A stretch of DNA of 64,000 nt from IMG/VR virus record IMGVR_UViG_3300028920_000005, positions 1 through 64,000 of that record. One strand, written 5' to 3'. Shown here piece by piece: positions 9,123 to 17,391 of the stretch (its first letter is position 1; each line of letters opens with the position of its first letter). A program made the translations under genes and the position numbers. The notes below the pieces were generated by a model. That model worked only from the letters and a program-made list of their open reading frames with translations. It was not told the origin of the DNA and made no database searches. The stretch is from a virus.

Positions 9123-9404
9123 TCATGCCATGCTGTACACGTTCTGACCGCGAAGAACCTTCTTCACTTCGCTCACCTTCGAATTCTTGACCAGGGTCTG
9201 AAGGCTGGAAAAGGTACTCTCGTGCCTCTTGATCCCAGCTCCCTTCTTGATCTCCTCGACGGTGAACCATGCGGGCTTCCCGGCCTTCTTCCGCTCAGCG
9301 GTTGCTTTGCGAAGGAAAGCCAGTATAGCCTCCTGGTTCGATCCTGCGGCCACCTCGTGCATCTCGCACAACTGAGACAGTTCCTCGTTAGACAAAGTCT
9401 TCAT
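9123..9404 (-). CDS. hypothetical protein, possibly DNA-binding
   Basis: 93 aa. SD TAGGAGGT upstream of the ATG. Sits in a GC-rich patch that differs in composition from its neighbours. Confidence 0.5.
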   Translation of the reverse strand: MKTLSNEELSQLCEMHEVAAGSNQEAILAFLRKATAERKKAGKPAWFTVEEIKKGAGIKRHESTFSSLQTLVKNSKVSEVKKVLRGQNVYSMA

Positions 9405-9618
9405 GTGTTCGATACCTCCTAGGTGTTCGACTTGTTGCGTTCACATGTCTAGCCCACAAACGATCAGTCCCTCGGACAATCCTTCAGATAATCCTTTAGA
9501 CCAACCTCCTCCTCCGCCACACCCCATACAGAAGAGGGAGGAAGCCACTAGTCCTCCCTCTCTCTGCGGGTGGGCGATCAGGATCTTCTTCCCAACCGCC
9601 AAACCATATCAGGCTTCC

Positions 9619-9813
9619 CTACTCTCCTTCCCCCGTTTCGCTTTCCAAATACTCAAGATGAGCAATCCACACATTGGCAGTCTCCTCTACCATATCCTCC
9701 ACAATACTCTCGATACCACCTTGCGGCTTTCCGATCCGCTTCTCAGCCTCCCCCCTCCAGTACTTGATCTTCTGCACTACCTCGTCTGACAGCTCAATAG
9801 TATATTTAGCCAT
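9619..9813 (-). CDS. hypothetical small protein
   Basis: 64 aa; overlaps the next gene start by 8 nt. Confidence 0.4.
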   Translation of the reverse strand: MAKYTIELSDEVVQKIKYWRGEAEKRIGKPQGGIESIVEDMVEETANVWIAHLEYLESETGEGE

Positions 9814-10276
9814 TCCAATTCACCTCGATCATCCAACGAACATATCTCAGGGCCGCAACCTTCGCCACATCCTCCAGATCACACCACTCCACGCACCCTG
9901 ATCCCACCCCTATGTATGCACCCTCTCTGATCTCGTCATACTCATTCTTCATCCACCCTATGTACTCCGTCAAGAGGGCAACCTCCTGATGCACACACAC
10001 ATCATCATCAGTAACCCCATACTCCTTCCCAACACAACTCACACATGCCACCACTCCACCACCAGCATAACATCCAATCATCTCAATGTCTTCAGCAAGC
10101 TGACGATCATCCTTCGGATTCCAAAACTGCTCATCTTCGCCGCTGGCCGCTACCCATGGCTCACACTCTTTTATGTGTCCGCTCTCTACTCGAGACTCAC
10201 ACACATGATCCATCAGTACGCCAACCAGCGTCTCATGCTCATTCATTTGTTTTCCACATACGTAACATTTCTTCAA
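9806..10276 (-). CDS. Cys-rich hypothetical protein
   Basis: 156 aa. TTG start 6 nt after GGAGGT. N-terminal CYVCGKQ plus further Cys clusters (CVSCVG). Confidence 0.5.
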   Translation of the reverse strand: MKKCYVCGKQMNEHETLVGVLMDHVCESRVESGHIKECEPWVAASGEDEQFWNPKDDRQLAEDIEMIGCYAGGGVVACVSCVGKEYGVTDDDVCVHQEVALLTEYIGWMKNEYDEIREGAYIGVGSGCVEWCDLEDVAKVAALRYVRWMIEVNWNG

Positions 10277-10417
10277 TCAATTACCTCCGTCTGTACTCTT
10301 TAATCTCTTCCTCCACCTCCACCCCCTCCCTATACAGACGAGGGAGGCTAAGTCGGCAGTCACCTGCACCTCATACTCTCAGCCTCCCCCGTCCTGCGGG
10401 ATGGGATCTGTTCATCC

Positions 10418-10849
10418 TTATTTCTTCAACACCATATCTACAACATACTCCAACATCGTCTTACCCGTTAAAACGGGTATTATATCATCTGTCCTGAAGT
10501 CGTTGTTATCTACCCAGTAACACAACACTCGGTAGACAATATTCTCCTGTGTGGCTGCCTCCTTCATCTCTCGATCTACATCCTGCACCGTTATGCTTAC
10601 GTCATACATCTTGACAAGTACCTTACCTGCCAACAAATGCATCTTCAGCTCATCCAACAACGACTTCCCTTCGCCACCCTCATCCCCATCCATCTCCTTC
10701 AACGTACAATATACGCTGTGCGCCATATACGTTAGAAGGCAATTCCCCTTCTGTTCGTTGGACAGGCTATCAAACTCACCCTCCAACCCATTCACCGCCA
10801 TCATCTTCCGCATAAGATCATTCGGTGATATGAATTCAAACCCCGCCAT
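10418..10849 (-). CDS. hypothetical protein
   Basis: 143 aa; the ATG overlaps the upstream mini-ORF. Confidence 0.5.
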   Translation of the reverse strand: MAGFEFISPNDLMRKMMAVNGLEGEFDSLSNEQKGNCLLTYMAHSVYCTLKEMDGDEGGEGKSLLDELKMHLLAGKVLVKMYDVSITVQDVDREMKEAATQENIVYRVLCYWVDNNDFRTDDIIPVLTGKTMLEYVVDMVLKK

Positions 10850-10949
10850 TCTTCTTCCTCCTTATCAGATACCCAGTCCCATTGCACTTCTCACAATCAC
10901 CACCTCTCCTCCCCTTACATTCAGGACACTTCACATATCCAACGCTCAT
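10836..10949 (-). CDS. DnaJ-type CxxCxGxG zinc-finger mini-protein (37 aa, below the ORF-track cutoff)
   Basis: Hand translation gives MSVGYVKCPECKGRRGGDCEKCNGTGYLIRRKKNGGV. ATGA overlap with the upstream stop. Confidence 0.45.
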   Translation of the reverse strand: MSVGYVKCPECKGRRGGDCEKCNGTGYLIRRKKNGGV

Positions 10950-11173
10950 TCCCTCACCACCTTAATCATTACGTACGCCCTCTTCACATCATCCGTCTTG
11001 CACCCAATAACCTTCCTCACCACTATATCCTTGTTCTGCCGAATGATACTTCTCACTGTTCCCTCCACCATCTCTAACTCCTCCGACAGTTCCTCATAGG
11101 TGTACGCCGTTCCTGCATTCTTCGTCAAGAAGTCAATTACCTTCTTTACATTTGTTTCATGTACTCCATTCAT
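10946..11173 (-). CDS. winged-helix DNA-binding protein
   Basis: 75 aa. KKVIDFLTKNAGTAYTYEELSEELEMVEGTVRSIIRQN resembles an HTH followed by a wing. Confidence 0.5.
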   Translation of the reverse strand: MNGVHETNVKKVIDFLTKNAGTAYTYEELSEELEMVEGTVRSIIRQNKDIVVRKVIGCKTDDVKRAYVMIKVVRE

Positions 11174-11243
11174 TTGTTATCACCTCCTCAACACTTCGTA
11201 AAGCGTCGAGCGTCATAAGTAACTATATTCGATTGTCTGATAA

Positions 11244-11819
11244 CTACTTTCGGAATTCTGTATCCCAGCAGTCTCTACTATAACTAAGTTCGTACAGACC
11301 TCCATCCTCGTGATGTTCGTCTGCTTCAACCTTCAGTACTTCAATCATCACACTATAAATATACATACACTCTTCACCGCACGCTAAAGGCCCTCTTCCC
11401 ATGTTATGTGCTTCAACCTTCAAAGTGTAAGTGTTCTTAAATTCTGATTCAAGTATGCTAATTGCTTTCAGCGTATCATCAAGCACATTCAGGTATACAT
11501 GCAACTTCATTCTGCCTCCTACCTTCAATACCCTCCACATCTCACGTATGGCGCTCTCATCAGTGTATACCATTACGCAACAACTCGAATGTACTTCTTC
11601 GAACGACTCATCCTTAAATGGCAACTGTTCTCCATCCGCTGCCACATAAAGTCCTTCATGTTTCGTTCCACGCCACCCGTACCTTCCTTCTGCACCGAGG
11701 TCTACGATAGCGCAGTCGTCAGTATACGGATCGCTACCTGCTCCAACGTCAAGCTTCATACAATCAACCTTCCAATCAACTTTCCTTCTTCGCAAATTAA
11801 TATTGTCGGTAGAAAGCAT
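11244..11819 (-). CDS. class I SAM-dependent methyltransferase
   Basis: 191 aa. Motif I LDVGAGS, acidic loop IVDL, LPFKDESFEEVHSS, and post-III REMWRVLKVGG, typical of Methyltransf_11-like enzymes. Substrate unknown. Confidence 0.6.
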   Translation of the reverse strand: MLSTDNINLRRRKVDWKVDCMKLDVGAGSDPYTDDCAIVDLGAEGRYGWRGTKHEGLYVAADGEQLPFKDESFEEVHSSCCVMVYTDESAIREMWRVLKVGGRMKLHVYLNVLDDTLKAISILESEFKNTYTLKVEAHNMGRGPLACGEECMYIYSVMIEVLKVEADEHHEDGGLYELSYSRDCWDTEFRK

Positions 11820-11852
11820 TCCTGATCGGTTCTTCTTCCGTACATAATTCTT

Positions 11853-12524
11853 TCACCAATCCATCTTTCCTAATGACTCCTTAACTTCTTCCTCCTCCCA
11901 CATATTCCACCTAGGCTCCTTAACAGCCAACAGTATCTCATCCCATCCGATATACATAAACAGTCTTACCATCACTGGCGCGAATTGCGTATACTGTTTA
12001 CGTTCACTCTTCAATTCCTTAATCTTGCCTTTTAACTTCTTCTTATCGTCATACGAACTAACTTTATTCACCTTCTGTTCAATATTCATTATCTTGTCAC
12101 TCAGTGCTGCGTGTTCTTCCTGTGCTCCTGCTTTCCTACTCGGTATTCTCATCCACTGCAGTTTAGTGTCGTTATTACTATCCAAGTCGAACATATGCTC
12201 TCTGAACACCTGCCTACTGTATGAGTACAAGTATTTAAAGTCAGGCTTACAGTATTCTTCATTGTCCAAATACTTCTGTCTGTGTGCATTGCAAACGTAG
12301 TGCAGTACTTTTCGCTTCAACTGCCATTCAGCAACCCTCTCAACTCCGTGCTCCTTACATTCGGCACAAAATCTTACCGGCTTACCTTCAGGCTTCATAA
12401 AGTACTCCCACGTTTGTCTAAGCTCCTCCAATTCGGCCGCATCCCGTATTCCAAGTAACAGCGATTTATATTCAGCGTAAGTCTTAAATCCGTTTGCCTT
12501 CATACTCCATCCGGCCTTCTTCAT
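11853..12524 (-). CDS. hypothetical protein (first gene of the leftward block)
   Basis: 223 aa. CAEC...CNAH Cys/His pairs. AT-rich TATA-like box (12541-12550) about 20 nt upstream of the ATG. Confidence 0.55.
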   Translation of the reverse strand: MKKAGWSMKANGFKTYAEYKSLLLGIRDAAELEELRQTWEYFMKPEGKPVRFCAECKEHGVERVAEWQLKRKVLHYVCNAHRQKYLDNEEYCKPDFKYLYSYSRQVFREHMFDLDSNNDTKLQWMRIPSRKAGAQEEHAALSDKIMNIEQKVNKVSSYDDKKKLKGKIKELKSERKQYTQFAPVMVRLFMYIGWDEILLAVKEPRWNMWEEEEVKESLGKMDW

Positions 12525-12689
12525 TAATTCTTTTATCTTTAATATATATTCCTTTGTACCTTCTTCCAGTATACCATCCTCCTTATTTCTTATTCCGTAT
12601 TCCTCATTAATATTGTATATAGTTACAGCTTCCTACTTCAGTTATATTGTGTTCTGTCCGTTCCGTTATTATATTTTAAAAATTTAATA

Positions 12690-12736
12690 ATTTAATAATA
12701 TATATAAATAGGACATATATATATAATTTGTGGGAA
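12690..12736. promoter_or_regulatory. AT-rich TATA-like element, copy 1 of 2 (TAATAATATATAT...CATATATATAATTT)
   Basis: Near-duplicate of 14750-14797. Both copies lie upstream of a leftward gene and at the start of a rightward non-coding stretch. Confidence 0.4.
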
Positions 12737-13037
12737 CTTTCCGTCCGGGCACGTCGGATGAACATAGGAAACCCTTTGTTGGAATATGACGAAGAACCAA
12801 TGAAGTTTGATCGAAGCACAAAGTTGCTGAACTGAGGAACTGAGAATTTTGAGAACGTCTCGTTCCGTCACAATGTCAGAGGCGGGCGCCAACAAGTGTC
12901 TTCCGATGTTTTCCGAGTTCATCGCTCCGGGCATATGAAGTGCAGGTATAAGGGCACGCTTCATTGATTTCGGCCATTCGGCTCTCAAACTACAGTCCCC
13001 TTTAATACTCTCAAAATTCGGGTGTTTTCGGTTATTC

Positions 13038-13107
13038 CCGTATATGTGTGTCCTTCGGTATATGATCATGATCCGGTTTATGTTCATGGTTCGGTATATG
13101 TGCGTGG
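13038..13107. repeat. four degenerate tandem units with core CGGTATATG
   Basis: ccgtatatgtg, tcggtatatgatcatg, ccggtttatgttcatgg and ttcggtatatgtgcgtgg start near 13038, 13055, 13073 and 13090, a period of about 17 nt. Confidence 0.5.
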
Positions 13108-13578
13108 TTTTGGGCAAGGACATTGGGGCCTTGGACCTTCTCAGGCGCTCATATTTACCCCTGGACCCATTTTGTAAATGGTTTGTCTTTATTCCTTTGT
13201 TTTTTCGCGATTCGGTATGACGTTCGGCTCGTTTCATACTAATATCACGTATATAGGTAACCCTCGTTTACGCCCAAAAACGTATTTCTTCGTGGTTTAC
13301 ACAGTATGACGATCATCGATTCTTTCTCGATCACTAACTGGCTGCCCATCCACAAAAATACGACCGTATTCGTGGTGCCGTCCTTGATATCTAGGCGTTG
13401 TGCGTCGATTCATACCTATTTCGGGGTTTAATTTTGTATCGGTCGGTCCCTAACATAGGTGGACGTCTCCCATATATGGTTGTTATTGTGCGGCTTCAGG
13501 TCTTGGGCCGTAAGGGTCTACCCCAATTTTCATATATTCGGTTACTGGTTTGTGCGTCTGGCTTCAGTGTCTTGTGCA

Positions 13579-13977
13579 TCAGACTTCGATGTCTTGTGCG
13601 TCAGTCTTACTGTCAAGCGCATCGTCTTCAGGCCAATAGTAGTAAATGAGATCCCTCCCAGTTACTCGTGGCATGAGCTTTCGCGCAACCAGTCCTTTCC
13701 GTTCCATGGCATATAAGCTGGCGAACACTGTCGTTACCGGTATGTCCAGTTTCTCCGACAGCTCTTTCGCAGTCCAGGCCGTCCCGGGGTCGTTCTCAAG
13801 CAGTTCCCTTATAGCTTCTTGCCTTCGGTTGTTTCCATTATATTCTTCCACATCTTTCAAGTCCTTCGTATTAATGGGCATTTCATATCCCTCCAGAGTG
13901 ATGCGCACTTCCTTTCGGCCCCTCTCTACGGCCGTTCCTCCCACGTTCCTCCTATCTTCCTCTACAGTCGGTCCCAA
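13579..13977 (-). CDS. winged-helix (MarR/TrmB-like) DNA-binding protein
   Basis: WTAKELSEKLDIPVTTVFASLYAMERKGLVARK resembles an HTH plus wing. The track start is TTG. A better start is the ATG at 13881 (MPINTK...), preceded by GGAGGG. Confidence 0.55.
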   Translation of the reverse strand: MGPTVEEDRRNVGGTAVERGRKEVRITLEGYEMPINTKDLKDVEEYNGNNRRQEAIRELLENDPGTAWTAKELSEKLDIPVTTVFASLYAMERKGLVARKLMPRVTGRDLIYYYWPEDDALDSKTDAQDIEV

Positions 13978-14025
13978 TCCGTGTCTACCAATAGAACCCC
14001 TGGGCAGTCTTATTCTGCTCAGGTA

Positions 14026-14664
14026 CTATACCGTGCTGTATCTTGCTTCCATCTTCTTACGGTAATGTTCTTCAATCTTCTGTTTAGTCTCCGGCTGTAC
14101 CCAGACGAACTCCCCTTTCCATTCTCCATCTTTCCGGTTCTGTACGTACACCATCACGCGACTATCTTCTTCCAGTTCGTCGTGGAGTCTTTCACGTTCG
14201 CGTTCTTCTTTTGACTTCGGTTTACGTGCTTCGTAGGTACTGCGTCCTGTTGCCTCAAACTTATACCACAGTTTTCCCTCAGACTCGACGGTTTCAACGA
14301 TTCCAAGTTCATACATCAGTTTGAGTACTTTCGTGATCGGTGATACTGACGGCTTCATTAGTATCATCTTTATTTCGTATTTCGTGTACCACAGATCTCG
14401 GTGTTCTCTCAACAGGCTAAGGACTCCCATGAACGTTCTGTGTTGATCTGGCTTCAGACGTGTTACGCGCCTCCGACGTACCACCTTATACAACCAACCT
14501 TCTTCTTCGTTGAGTCTTGTATACGGCACTACGTCATACCTCGCATACTCTCGGTATGTAAATCCACAGTCCGCGCAACTCTGTTTCATTAAGTCCTGCT
14601 TTCTTCCTACTAAACACCTTGGGCATACTTCAAATATTCTATCAGACCTCCATCCGTTGTTCAT
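14026..14664 (-). CDS. zinc-ribbon plus winged-helix DNA-binding protein
   Basis: 212 aa. N-terminal CPRC...CADCG. Central MGVLSLLREHRDLWYTKYEI...KVLKLMYELGIVETVESEGKLWYK is wHTH-like. Basic/acidic tail. Confidence 0.55.
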   Translation of the reverse strand: MNNGWRSDRIFEVCPRCLVGRKQDLMKQSCADCGFTYREYARYDVVPYTRLNEEEGWLYKVVRRRRVTRLKPDQHRTFMGVLSLLREHRDLWYTKYEIKMILMKPSVSPITKVLKLMYELGIVETVESEGKLWYKFEATGRSTYEARKPKSKEERERERLHDELEEDSRVMVYVQNRKDGEWKGEFVWVQPETKQKIEEHYRKKMEARYSTV

Positions 14665-14749
14665 TGTTCTTCTTCCTTATTATTATTATTATTTAGCCTT
14701 CCTACTTCTTACTTTTTAAGTTCGTTCCTGTTCCTACTATTTTTTTTAA

Positions 14750-14797
14750 TTTTATAATATAATAATATATGGGAACCATATATATAATTTTTGGTGA
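14750..14797. promoter_or_regulatory. AT-rich TATA-like element, copy 2 of 2
   Basis: The strings taataatatat and catatatataattt are shared with 12690-12736. Confidence 0.4.
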
Positions 14798-15020
14798 AGA
14801 AGGATGGATGCCCTTAAGGGAGGAAGGGAAGAGGTAATGAATACTTGACCGAAGAACTATGAAGCAGAACGGCATAACATTTGAACAAAGGTTCTTTCCC
14901 ATAACATCCTAAACTCAACGGTCGGGCCTCAGCATAGTTTCTCCGATTGATTCTCAAGATTTCATAGCATTCTGTCACGGCCGTCGAACGGCGCTTCCGG
15001 GTCCAGTTCAGTGCTGTTGA

Positions 15021-15680
15021 GATCATCGGATTTCATCGGTTTTCATCTGAGCTCAGGGACCGGTCCCGGGATTCTATAGGGAGGCAAGCGAAGGCCACGG
15101 CCGTATGGCGAGTGCTGCGCAATGGGACTGACCCGGGTTCTCTGGGGAAGGGAGTAAGTGGGAATACTTATGGAACATGTGGGAACACTTAAGGACCTTT
15201 TGGGGGAACACTTAAGGACCTTTTGGAGGAACTTTGGGGCGAAGCCCTGGAAGGGACCGACTTTGGCGGACCAGCGGAACGTTTGGCGGAAGACCAGGAC
15301 CAGGCAGGACGGGTTGACGGATAGGTTGCCAGACCTGTCTCTGGCAACCTAAGGGCAAGATAGGTTGCCAGCCCTGTCATAGGCAAGATAGGTTGCCAGC
15401 CCTGTTAAGGGCAGGATGGGACATTCCAAAGGACCATCACCGGGAACTATGCCGGACAGTGCTGCGCCCTGACTGATGCGCTACCCTCTACGGACGGGCC
15501 CTCTAATGAACGTCGCGGACCGGTCCCGGCGGGGGCGTGAGTAATGCGCAAGACCATTCGGGGAATACTCTGAGGACATAATCACAAAGTTCCTGGACCG
15601 GTCCCGGGATTCTATATGGGACATGACGGCCGAGTGATGCGCGCCTGAGTGTTGCGCGCGGCTCTACGGACCGAACTCTG
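15021..15680. repeat. GC-rich non-coding block with several unrelated direct and inverted repeat families
   Basis: GGACCGGTCCCGG occurs three times (15057, 15517, 15595), and two copies extend to GGACCGGTCCCGGGATTCTATA. A 23-nt tandem GGGAACACTTAAGGACCTTTTGG occurs twice (15181-15226). ATAGGTTGCCAGNCCTGT occurs three times (15321, 15360, 15388). TCATCGGWTT occurs twice (15021-15049). ACTCTGAGGACAT occurs twice. GGACC occurs 10 times on the plus strand. Confidence 0.8.
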
Positions 15681-15717
15681 AGGACATTTTAGGAATAAAA
15701 AAATAAAATATTACAAT

Positions 15718-15848
15718 GTTACACTGTTACATATATTGTAATACTTGGAGTTACACTGTTACAATATGTGTAATACTGTTCTATCGTGTTACGCTGTTAC
15801 ACATATTGTAATACTGTAAAATTATACTATTACATATATTGTAATATT
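15718..15848. repeat. four ~28-nt iteron-like repeats (GTTACACTGTTACATATATTGTAATACT)
   Basis: Copies start at 15718, 15750, 15788 and 15821 (period 32-38 nt). Each contains inverted arms TTACA-N5-TGTAA. A fifth partial copy lies at about 16979-16999, beyond the two wHTH genes. Confidence 0.8.
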
Positions 15849-15853
15849 AAATT

Positions 15854-15926
15854 AAGTTACTTTGAATAGTGACAAAAAAATGTTACTTTCAATAGTGACA
15901 AATTAAGTTACTTTCAATAGTAACAA
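15854..15926. promoter_or_regulatory. three palindromic operator-like sites WWGTTAC-N8-GTRACAA
   Basis: Sites at 15854-15875, 15880-15901 and 15905-15926, spaced 25-26 bp centre to centre, with a conserved spacer TTTSAATA. Confidence 0.65.
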
Positions 15927-15992
15927 AAAAATAGGAATCATAAATTGATTTTGTACCCCATATATATTTACTAAATAAACTAATTAAAAAAA

Positions 15993-16024
15993 TACATTAA
16001 TGTATAATAAGATACATTAATGTA
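15993..16024. repeat. two copies of the perfect palindrome TACATTAATGTA
   Basis: 15993-16004 and 16013-16024, 20 bp apart, in AT-rich DNA. GATAACTT occurs twice at 16035-16053. Confidence 0.7.
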
Positions 16025-16251
16025 GATAAGTAATGATAACTTCTCGATAACTTATATATACTTTGCATGTTTTACTTAATATTACAATTGCATGAGTCGG
16101 GTTGTCCGCACTTCTTTAAGTGTTAAATTCCCTATCGGTAAAAAAAAGGACCGACTCACAAACGCAAAAAATGGTTAAGCAATTGTCCGAAAAAGAAGGG
16201 AATTATCGGAGGACAAACCTTTCAATCTACTAAAACATCGGAGGTAAAAAT

Positions 16252-16542
16252 ATGCCAAAAACGGACGAAGAGATTTTCAATGGGATTGACAGTGAATATT
16301 CAAGGGCTGGAAACAGTGAAGGACGAAAGGATGAGATAATAAAATACCTCAAAAAAATGAGGTCAACAGATCATCCAATAGCAACCATAGACGAAGTACA
16401 TTTGAAAATGTCCTTCAGTCACACCAAACGGCAGAATACATATTCTGCAATAATGGAATTGATCCGTGAAGGTAGAATACTCGGAAGGAAAAACGGAAAT
16501 GGTCATTGGATGGTATTCTATCCCGAAGGAAGCAAAAAATAA
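16252..16542 (+). CDS. winged-helix DNA-binding protein
   Basis: 96 aa; GGAGGT 7 nt upstream; YSAIMELIREGRILGRKNGNGHWMVFY is wHTH-like. The gene sits in an AT-rich island. Confidence 0.55.
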   Translation: MPKTDEEIFNGIDSEYSRAGNSEGRKDEIIKYLKKMRSTDHPIATIDEVHLKMSFSHTKRQNTYSAIMELIREGRILGRKNGNGHWMVFYPEGSKK

Positions 16543-16599
16543 TTAGGTTTTTTGAAAGGTTCCTTAAACGATAATTCCCTTCAATAAAGAGGTGTTTAA

Positions 16600-16911
16600 A
16601 TGTGGGATATGAAACTAAATTCAATCAATGGGCCAAAACCAATAGATGAAACGATCATCCTGCAAAGATGTATTTGTAAGGGATTATTGAGAAAACAAGT
16701 CATGGATATTGCAATGATTTTCGTTGAAAGTCCTGATACTTGGATATCTCCAAATGAGATATTTCATTACCTAAACCTTATCGAAGATAGGGCAATGCAG
16801 ATAAACATTAATGCAATTACTGTAATACTTTGCTGGATGAAAGATAAAGAAGCAATTGAGGAAATAATCACTCCAACAGAAAAGAGTTATTATCGACTTG
16901 TCACCGAATAG
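16600..16911 (+). CDS. winged-helix DNA-binding protein
   Basis: 103 aa; AGAGGTG upstream; ...ITVILCWMKDKEAIEEIITPTEKSYYRL is wHTH-like. The stop codon is embedded in an operator-like palindrome. Confidence 0.5.
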   Translation: MWDMKLNSINGPKPIDETIILQRCICKGLLRKQVMDIAMIFVESPDTWISPNEIFHYLNLIEDRAMQININAITVILCWMKDKEAIEEIITPTEKSYYRLVTE

Positions 16912-16957
16912 AGTGACAAAAAAATAACTTGATATTTGTCACTTTAATAAGTGACAA
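16898..16957. promoter_or_regulatory. two palindromic operator-like sites TTGTCAC-N8-GTGACAA
   Basis: Perfect inverted arms at 16898-16919 and 16936-16957. Same family as the three sites at 15854-15926. Confidence 0.65.
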
Positions 16958-17391
16958 TTTTTTTTATTTCATTTATAATGTTACACATATTGTAATATTG
17001 TATATTATTAATTATATTTTTTTTTAATAAATTTCAATTTTTTTTTAATACCTACCGCAACGTATCTATACAATATAGCCTAGTTCAAAACCCTTGTCCC
17101 AAAATTCGGGTAACCAAAAGTTCCTGTGGACCCTGGCGTCGTTCCTATGGGCCGTGCCATTGTGTTAGGGCCGCGCCGCTTAAACCACCTATATAAGATA
17201 TTTGAATATATTAACATATGCGCGGAGGGCATTGCCGATTTGCTGCCGTCCTGCGATATCATATGTATATATATAAGAAGGGCGCTGCGCCGCTGTCCTG
17301 TTGCATTATAGTTTGGGGCCTTGTCTCTTTGTCCCTTTGCTTAAGACTTCCCCTCCCATCGGAGGAGGGGATTTATCGACAGTCCCATATC

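Noticed and set aside
9330-9352. tRNA T-loop-like string GGTTCGATCC followed by CTGCGGCCACC
   Set aside because: The flanking bases do not form a T-stem (CCTGG versus CTGCG) or an acceptor stem. No cloverleaf can be drawn, and the string lies inside CDS 9123..9404. I could not support any tRNA in the window. No integrase is nearby, so I make no attP claim.
12692-13237. 181-aa minus-strand ORF in the supplied track
   Set aside because: Its composition is implausible (Arg/Lys/His/Ile/Tyr-rich, ending IYICPIYIYY inside the AT-rich repeat). It has no SD and lacks the purine-loaded sense strand seen in every credible gene. I treat the region as non-coding.
15158-15386. ORFs 15158..15352(+) and 15189..15386(-)
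   Set aside because: Both simply read through the tandem and dispersed repeats. They mirror each other on opposite strands and have no SD or protein-like composition.
15718-15927. Regularly spaced repeats that superficially resemble a CRISPR array
   Set aside because: The units are AT-rich and degenerate, have a 25-38 bp period with essentially no unique spacers, and contain internal palindromes. No cas genes are present. They fit iterons or operators better.
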